A stretch of 17,613 bases of DNA. Source: Ginkgo biloba. Its lineage: Eukaryota; Plantae; Ginkgophyta. Shown piece after piece: positions 11,369 to 17,613 of the stretch; position 1 is the stretch's first letter; every line of letters begins with the position of its first letter. The notes beneath the pieces were generated by a model. That model saw nothing but the letters and a program-made list of their open reading frames with translations, searched no databases and was not told the origin of the DNA. Where the stretch lies: the NCBI GenBank assembly GCA_024626585.2, contig JANKJI020000004.1:154127716-154145328 (forward strand). The letters run 5' to 3'. A program made the translations under genes and the position numbers.

Positions 11369-11597
11369 TCAGCACTAAATGGAAGAAGCAGGAACAGGGA
11401 AACAAAGGAATATTGGATTGAGTGGTTTGACAAAGCTGAAAATCAAAGGTATGCCCATTTGAAGTTCACCTGTCAATTTCTAACTAGAGATAAAGTTCCT
11501 TTGTAAAATGGCAAACAAAACCATTTTCCCTTTGTATTCGGTTTTCAGAATCGCATGGAAGAATGCATTTTTCTTCGTTTGCAAATTTGAGGATTGA
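11369..11597 (+). other. Possible two-exon gene fragment
   Basis: cttcAG|11369-11448|GTatgc, a 100-nt intron ending gttttcAG, then an exon from 11549. The spliced reading is SALNGRSRNRETKEYWIEWFDKAENQRIAWKNAFFFVCKFED*. A second frame is also open after its ATG. Confidence 0.3.
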
Positions 11598-11610
11598 CTG
11601 CCATACTCAC

Positions 11611-12020
11611 TGTACGGATTTCCAAATCCTGCTACCCTTGTTGGAAAAAATTGGAATCGTGGACTCTGCATTTTGGAGATTGGGACTAGAATTGACTGAT
11701 TAGGACAAGTTTGACCGATTTTGACCTTCCTTTGACTGTCTTTGACTGATTCTTCCTTGCTGCCACATCATCCAAATTCTGCCATGTCATTTGGCTGCCA
11801 TGTTGGACTGCCATGTCATCATGTGCCACTATGTCATCATTGGTTGAGGTTGATGCCTAATTTTGATACCCTTTGGCTCAAAATAGTCATAATTTAGGTG
11901 AATCGTGGTTGCCCTTATGCTAATATCTAGTTGTTTCCCCAGCCTTTTGGACAATATAGAAGCTCAATCTATTTATCATGGACCTTCTCTCTAATAAAGT
12001 GATGATGTTGTTAGAAATAA
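11611..12020. mobile_element. Probable LTR (one end), running into an N gap
   Basis: Begins TGTACGG, followed by motif arrays typical of plant LTR U3 regions. The partner end is not visible. Confidence 0.5.
11692..11836 (+). promoter_or_regulatory. W-box (TTGACY) array followed by a CpG-decayed TGCCACGTCA array
   Basis: TTGACY at 11692, 11711, 11721, 11732 and 11742. TGCCACATCA at 11761, TGCCATGTCA at 11780, TGCCATGTTG at 11796, TGCCATGTCA at 11809 and TGCCACTATGTCA at 11824. Confidence 0.6.
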
Positions 12021-12190
12021 NNNNNNNNNNNNNNNNNNNNNNNNNNNNNNNNNNNNNNNNNNNNNNNNNNNNNNNNNNNNNNNNNNNNNNNNNNNNNNNN
12101 NNNNNNNNNNNNNNNNNNNNATTGTTCAAAAATTAGAGTTCTTCTGACAACATTAAAATGTTAAAAACAAAGATTTTCTTGAAAGCTCAA

Positions 12191-12263
12191 ATTTCTTGAA
12201 AAATAAGCTTAAAATTGAAATTTTCATGGAAAATAAGCTTAAAGTTGAGAATTTCATTAAGCT
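12191..12263 (+). repeat. 30-bp tandem repeat, about 2.4 copies
   Basis: atttcttgaaaaataagcttaaaattgaaa / ttttcatggaaaataagcttaaagttgaga / atttcattaagct. Confidence 0.85.
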
Positions 12264-12892
12264 GAATTCTAATTCAACCAATAAGATCGAAACCAGAGAG
12301 ATTGAGTTCAACACATTGTAGAAATAAGAATAAAAAGAAGAGAAAAGAGGATAGAGATTGCTAGTGTGACACTCGACCCTTTTACATGTTTTGGTAGGAA
12401 ATGGAGTGCCAATTACCACCAACTATCTTCACCAATTGGAAAGAGGCCCCTCATGAATAGTTGGACAAGTAGAAAGGGAGTAATTAACTATAAATACAAC
12501 AAAACAATACTTTTCAATTCAATTGCCAAAATGGCAACATGAGATTGTTCTTCTTCCATTCAGACCATTATCATAAGATAGCTTGCAGCCACTCTTTCAC
12601 ACCCATTCTAAAGAGATGAATGAGTATTTACAAGAGTTAAAATGGTAGCTTGTTGAACTTGGTGGTAAATGTATGCCTACAAGTTAATGTACTCTATCCT
12701 TAGGGTCATCCTATTAATCATACATAGATGTGTCCTTCTTAAAGTCCATATATTATCTGGAATTAAGTATCCATTCTCGAAGTTTTGAGAAGTTAATTGT
12801 TTGCAGGATATATGTCCCTAACTAAAGAGCAAAGTGAGGACATGATTCATCTGACGACAACAAACGATGAAGTGACATCCATAGAGGGCACA

Positions 12893-13288
12893 TGTTACAG
12901 CCCGATCAAACATAGTCAAAGCTCGGTCAAAGGGTGAGTTTGAAAGAGAAAAAGCACAAATTGAGCCCTTAGAAGCTAAACGACCTTTAATTGCATTAAA
13001 GAAGGTTAAGAAAGAGCTTAATTGAGAGTTAAGCAAGTTAGTATTGAAGTTTGTGGCTAATAATGATGGTGCGACCCTTAGAAGGGCTAAAAATAGTTCA
13101 AACAGCTAAAACAACCTACCCTAATCCCTAGAGTTAGCCCTTAAGGGACAATTTGACATTTTGCAAAGGATTTGAAGGGGCACAAGCCTACTTGGTGAGC
13201 CAACATCAAGCAAAGTCGCACATCTTCGAAAACTATAAAAGAAGGTTGAAGACAACGCACCCCATCAGTCATAATTGTTTTTTATGCA
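12893..13288 (+). mobile_element. Probable 5' part of an LTR (U3 with TATA box)
   Basis: Starts TGTTACAGCCCG, a typical gypsy LTR terminus. cTATAAAAgaagg lies at 13233-13245. Truncated by an N gap. Confidence 0.55.
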
Positions 13289-13403
13289 NNNNNNNNNNNN
13301 NNNNNNNNNNNNNNNNNNNNNNNNNNNNNNNNNNNNNNNNNNNNNNNNNNNNNNNNNNNNNNNNNNNNNNNNNNNNNNNNNNNNNNNNCCAATGATTTGA
13401 CAC

Positions 13404-13477
13404 TATAGTCACATCCACAATTTTGTACATTTTAGAGTTCTCGTATGGTCACATCCAACGATTTAGAATTTTGTACA
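13404..13477 (+). repeat. Imperfect ~40-bp tandem duplication
   Basis: tatagtcacatcca..aattttgtaca (13404) versus tatggtcacatcca...aattttgtaca (13444). Confidence 0.7.
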
Positions 13478-13478
13478 G

Positions 13479-14173
13479 TTGATACTTATGCTCTCCAGGA
13501 TTATCCGTAGTAAGAGGACAGTATCATTATAGCTAAACTTGGGGTGCTGCCTCTGATAGTTAGTACACTTTTTGACATTGTTACACTACTCCATCGTATA
13601 TGATATATGGCAGACATAGCTTTAGGAAAGGAGAGATATTGTTTCTTTCCCTTGCTCTCCTCCATGGATTTAGCCTCTAGAGGCTTCAGTCGGTGCTGCT
13701 ACGCAGAGGTCACCACCTTATTGGAAAATTTTGGTATTCACATTGACCATCTTCTACCAACTCAGTTCTACATCGATGCTCCTCATATGACTCGAAAGGA
13801 CATCAATTAGGGCATTATGGAGGAATTGTATGGGCTCTATATTCAGGCCTCATGGAAAGCACCCAATCGACTTCTCACTTGGAAGTTGGACCACTATTAT
13901 CAAAATTATCTTTAGATTACAAGTGGGCTCATCACCCCACCAAGTTATACGAGACTTCATTTATCTCATGTTTTGAGGATTCCAATAGGGCAAATACGTG
14001 TATGCTCTCACCAACTTCAGATAGAAGCTGGACACCACTTATCTCAGGAGCAGATCTGCCAATTTCGTTTGTTGAAGATTGAGATGGAGGACCACTATTC
14101 TTTACATTGCTCAGTTTGTTATCAGATCAGAGGTTGATGTCACTATTCTTTAGCAAGTCAAGAAAGTTTAGGC
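13479..14173 (+). mobile_element. Non-LTR retrotransposon (LINE) ORF2 C-terminal fragment, RTEX-like, degenerate
   Basis: MLSRIIRSKRTV / IIAKLGVLPL...LLHRI* and ORF 13607..13810, continuing in the same frame to LRIPIGQIRVCSHQLQIEAGHHLSQEQICQFRLLKIEMEDHYSLHCSVCYQIRG. This matches R.SSH.L.IE.GR followed by a C-x2-C...E.E.H...C zinc finger (second Cys lost). Confidence 0.8.
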
Positions 14174-15787
14174 TAATGTTGTTGGGTGCGTGTCCCTGTC
14201 GGGTAGGGTACCCACAACCAGGATGCGCGTGTGGGTGCAAGCCATACTCGGCTCCCTTCCTCCCATCCCCGCGAGGAAGTGCAGCTGTCCCTAGCCTCAA
14301 ATGCCTCAGAGAGGAAAAAAATTACTTTTAAAAAATAAGGAAAAGAGTGTCGTTCCCAACAATTCGCACCCAACTAACCCACCCTAGGTAACTTTGTTGC
14401 TTTGTAAACTCCTTTTTTTTCTAAAAGAAAGAGAAAGATCATTTGAAAAAAAACAGAAGGTTGTTTTTATGAACAGAGGTGGAATTTTTGGCAGATAGTA
14501 AGCAGTTTTTTGGCATTTGGGGCTTGGTTAGTGTTTTGCAAGGAGGAGACAAAAGGAAGCTCGGTTCTTCATTCAGAGAGCAAAAATCAAGCAAATTTCA
14601 AACTCTTAGAAAGAGAAAATAGTAACAAAATTCTAATTTTTCCATCCTTTTGTTATTTATTTTTTTCAAATTTCCTGCTCCTACATCTTTTTTCAAATTT
14701 AATCATGGCTTCTAGGAAGGAGGATCCTTTGTGGGCATATGTTGATGTATTGGAGAAGAAAAAAGGGGGGACCAAAGTAATGAAATGCAAAGAACTGGAA
14801 TGTGGAAAGAAATTTCAAGGAAACTATTCATGGGTGAAGACACATGTTATGCCTCTTGGGTTTTGGGGTTGACATTTGTCAAAAATCTTCCAGAGACCCC
14901 AAGTTTCAAAAAAAGACTATGCTCAACTTCAACAGGCATATGATGGTGTCCTCACTCCATCTCAGATTCAAACTTCCTCAATTGGTGAAGAAATTGAATC
15001 AAATCCTTTTGTTAATAGATCTTCTTCCTCCGTTCCCACTACTGCCTATGTACCTCAGAAGAGAGCACAAGTTTCTTCCATTCNNNNNNNNNNNNNNNNN
15101 NNNNNNNNNNNNNNNNNNNNNNNNNNNNNNNNNNNNNNNNNNNNNNNNNNNNNNNNNNNNNNNNNNNNNNNNNNNNNNNNNNNNNNNNNNNNNNNNNNNN
15201 NNNNNNNNNNNNNNNNNNNNNNNNNNNNNNNNNNNNNNNNNNNNNNNNNNNNNNNNNNNNNNNNNNNNNNNNNNNNNNNNNNNNNNNNNNNNNNNNNNNN
15301 NNNNNNNNNNNNNNNNNNNNNNNNNNNNNNNNNNNNNNNNNNNNNNNNNNNNNNNNNNNNNNNNNNNNNNNNNNNNNTTCTCAAAAATATCATTGTCAAT
15401 TGTCCGAGAGGTCCATATTTTTTTAGGGCGAATGATTGCTCCTTGACGAAAAAAAATTCCATCTTTGAGTTAGAAATATTATGTGAGGCCATTTGAGGAT
15501 GGACCATCCAATGTTGTGCAAGGTATCGCAGATGTAGTTCCAATTTGCAAAGCAATAGGTATGATTGTGCAAAATAGATATAGGCACATCTATTGGACTT
15601 CCTTTCTTGTGCATGCCATGAATAATGTTTTCAAGGATTTCAATAAATTTTCCAAATGTTTGAGGGTTGCTCCAATTATTGAAAAGGGTAGGGAAATCCA
15701 AATGTTTGTATTTAACCACCACCAAGCTCAAGCAATGTATCGCTTGCATGCAAGGGTGGAACTATTGAAGCCCGTTGATACTAGATA
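14174..15787 (+). mobile_element. hAT DNA transposon, 5' part
   Basis: The LINE frame ends abruptly at TAATGTTG (14174; candidate TIR), which is preceded by the 8-mer GTTTAGGC with a central TA (hAT-like target). A GC-rich subterminal region runs to about 14310, then the transposase follows. Confidence 0.8.
14705..15787 (+). pseudogene. hAT transposase pseudogene (zf-BED + DUF659/RNase H-like), frameshifted and truncated
   Basis: MASRKEDPLWAYV...KCKELECGKKFQGNYSWVKTH/MLCLLGFGVDIC (BED finger). After the gap: NIIVNCPRGPYFFRANDCS...GPSNVVQGIAD...RYRHIYWTSFLVHAMNNVFKD...NHHQAQAMYR...ELLKPVDTRY. Confidence 0.93.
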
Positions 15788-16683
15788 CGAAGTACCCAAT
15801 AGTGGAAGATTGAAGAATATCCTTCAAGATACAGAAGCGTTGATCAATAGCCAAGAAGTAAATCATCAATTCCTCCTCTTTGTTCTCTATAACTCCTATA
15901 ACAACGTCTGTGCACAAACAATACGGCTCTTTCCCTATCTACAACAAGTTCTTCTGCAAAAATCAATTCTATACAACTTTGGGGAAAAGGTGTGGCACTT
16001 CCTAAAAGAGCCACGAGTTTTCCTAAGTGCATCGTGCTTTCTCCTAAAGTACCGTTGTGTGTTCTCTTCAAGACCGCAACTTGCACCTGAATATTCTCCG
16101 CACATGCCGACTTCATACGTGATTAGAGACAGCAACCCAACAACACTTGCGATCCTACCACAACACCTATACAAAACCCTGCAATAAGATTCTATTCTCA
16201 CAAAGATTTGCACAAGTGGACAAGAATTTAACTCACAAAGGAATCTATGCAAGATCTCATTAAAATAAGAGATTGGACAAAGAAGAAGCTTTCAATTACA
16301 AAATGTGCAAGACTACAAAGTGTGAAGTGTCAAAAGTGTACAATGTGTCCAATGTGCACAAAGGAAATATGCCCATGCACAATTCCATTAGCCCATGCAT
16401 ACATGCATACTAAACTANNNNNNNNNNNNNNNNNNNNNNNNNNNNNNNNNNNNNNNNNNNNNNNNNNNNNNNNNNNAAGGATCCAAATATAGTGAGCCAC
16501 CAAAGTGAGAGAAAACCATAAATGGAATAAAAACTCTCACAAATAATGATTAACAAATATGCATAATCCTCTCATAAGATTACTAAATATAATCCTCTCT
16601 AGGACTACTCGTGGTCATAGCCCCTCAACTAAGCTAAACCCCATGGGACCACATGCTAGACCTCTCCTGGTCATGGCACATCA
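15788..16683 (-). mobile_element. 3' LTR (~0.9 kb including N gap) of a CRM-like gypsy element
   Basis: The minus strand starts TGATGTGCC at 16683, right after the PPT. It ends GGTACTTCG at 15788, an imperfect terminal inverted repeat with CA mutated to CG. This is exactly where hAT homology stops. Candidate TSD is AGATA at 15783-15787. Confidence 0.85.
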
Positions 16684-16696
16684 CTTCCTCCCCTCT
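16684..16696 (-). other. Polypurine tract
   Basis: AGAGGGGAGGAAG immediately 5' of the LTR TG on the minus strand. Confidence 0.85.
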
Positions 16697-17613
16697 AAAG
16701 AAGCAATGGACTCCATTGCTTTATCTAATAAATGCAGCAACTCTTTCTTCAACTTGTCTAAGTAACCTGATGTGGGTATTGAACCTTCCTTCCAACAAGG
16801 AATGACTCCAGAATAAAAGGCTTCATCTTCATCTATCCTCGAGTCTCCAAACTCGACTCAGAATCCTTGCCAAGTGTAATCAAAACAAACTTTCTCGAAG
16901 CTTGCACCACCTACTTGCCATGTGTTCTAGTGACCAATATGGTAGACTTCAGAGCTTGAATTGATTTGAGGATGAAAGGTTTCTCCTTCCTTCATCAACT
17001 CACACTTACCTAAATAAGGAATAATGCTAGCCTTCCTGTCAATCAAAAAGGGGATACCAAGTAGCACACTCATGCAATCCATGGACACTACATCACATGT
17101 AACCTCATCAATATAATCCTTAGTGATCGCAAATCGAAAACGGCATTGATGGGTAACACAATCACTCTCATNNNNNNNNNNNNNNNNNNNNNNNNNNNNN
17201 NNNNNNNNNNNNNNNNNNNNNNNNNNNNNNNNNNNNNNNNNNNNNNNNNNNNNNNNNNNNACTACTGTAAAAAATAGTTGATACCACCTTATCCTTAACC
17301 TACAACATCAACGTGAAGAGGCTCTTCCAATTTTTGCTCTTATCTTTTGTATTGATAAGGCTAATCGATAGATTTGGCTCACCTGAAGTAATAGCAACCT
17401 CAGGTATTTTCCTTTTCCATCTATGCTTCTATTGATCATTAATCTAGCAAACATGATCCTCTACTCATCTATGTATGCCTAACATGAAAAGTACACCTCA
17501 AGTACCTGCAACCATGTTTCCAAGGACTTGGCATCCACCTTTCCATCAACTACCTTAATCTCTACTTATGATTCAACCCGAAATGGATTCAGTCCAATAG
17601 CTAGTTGTGTTGA
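16697..17613 (-). pseudogene. Internally deleted gag-protease-(pol tail) of a CRM-like retrotransposon
   Basis: Gag N-terminus: PFRVES*VEIKVVDGKVDAKSLETWLQVLEVYF...RIMFARL. Protease: LFTLML*VKDKVVSTIFYSS (DSGS site decayed) and VTHQCRFRFAITKDYIDEVTCDVVSMDCMSVLLGIPFLIDR. Tail: KLKKELLHLLDKAMESIASLEGRK*. Confidence 0.85.

Noticed and set aside
11692-11836. CRISPR-like repeat array
   Set aside because: The units are only about 10 bp with no unique spacers, no cas genes are present, and the context is eukaryotic.
16247-16492. Cys-rich ORF (KCQKCTMCPMCTKEICPC) resembling a zinc finger
   Set aside because: It lies antisense inside the LTR and arises from short aagtgt/aatgtg repeats.

Overview
AT-rich eukaryotic, plant-type intergenic DNA from a gappy scaffold with many N runs, so adjacency across gaps is not guaranteed. 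The retroelement motifs look most like those of gymnosperms or other non-angiosperm vascular plants (inference). I find no intact host gene, RNA gene or CRISPR array. The window is mostly decayed, partly nested transposons. (1) A minus-strand Ty3/gypsy pol (protease-RT-RNaseH-integrase, about 5813 to 2640) is followed directly by a degenerate extra ORF. (2) A second minus-strand gypsy RT and a gag with a zinc knuckle occupy 5914-8380. (3) 9.3-12.9 kb holds unassigned exon-like fragments and two probable LTR starts, one with W-box and decayed ACGT-box arrays. (4) A three-layer nest fills 13.5-17.6 kb: an RTEX-like LINE 3' end is cut by a hAT transposon (BED finger, DUF659), which is cut by the 3' LTR of an internally deleted, non-autonomous CRM-like element. 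All translations were done by eye through stops and frameshifts, so boundaries are approximate unless a terminus motif is quoted. I cannot support a claim of a new biological system. The best leads are the post-integrase ORF, the orphan spliced exons, the RTEX-like LINE and the deleted CRM-like element.
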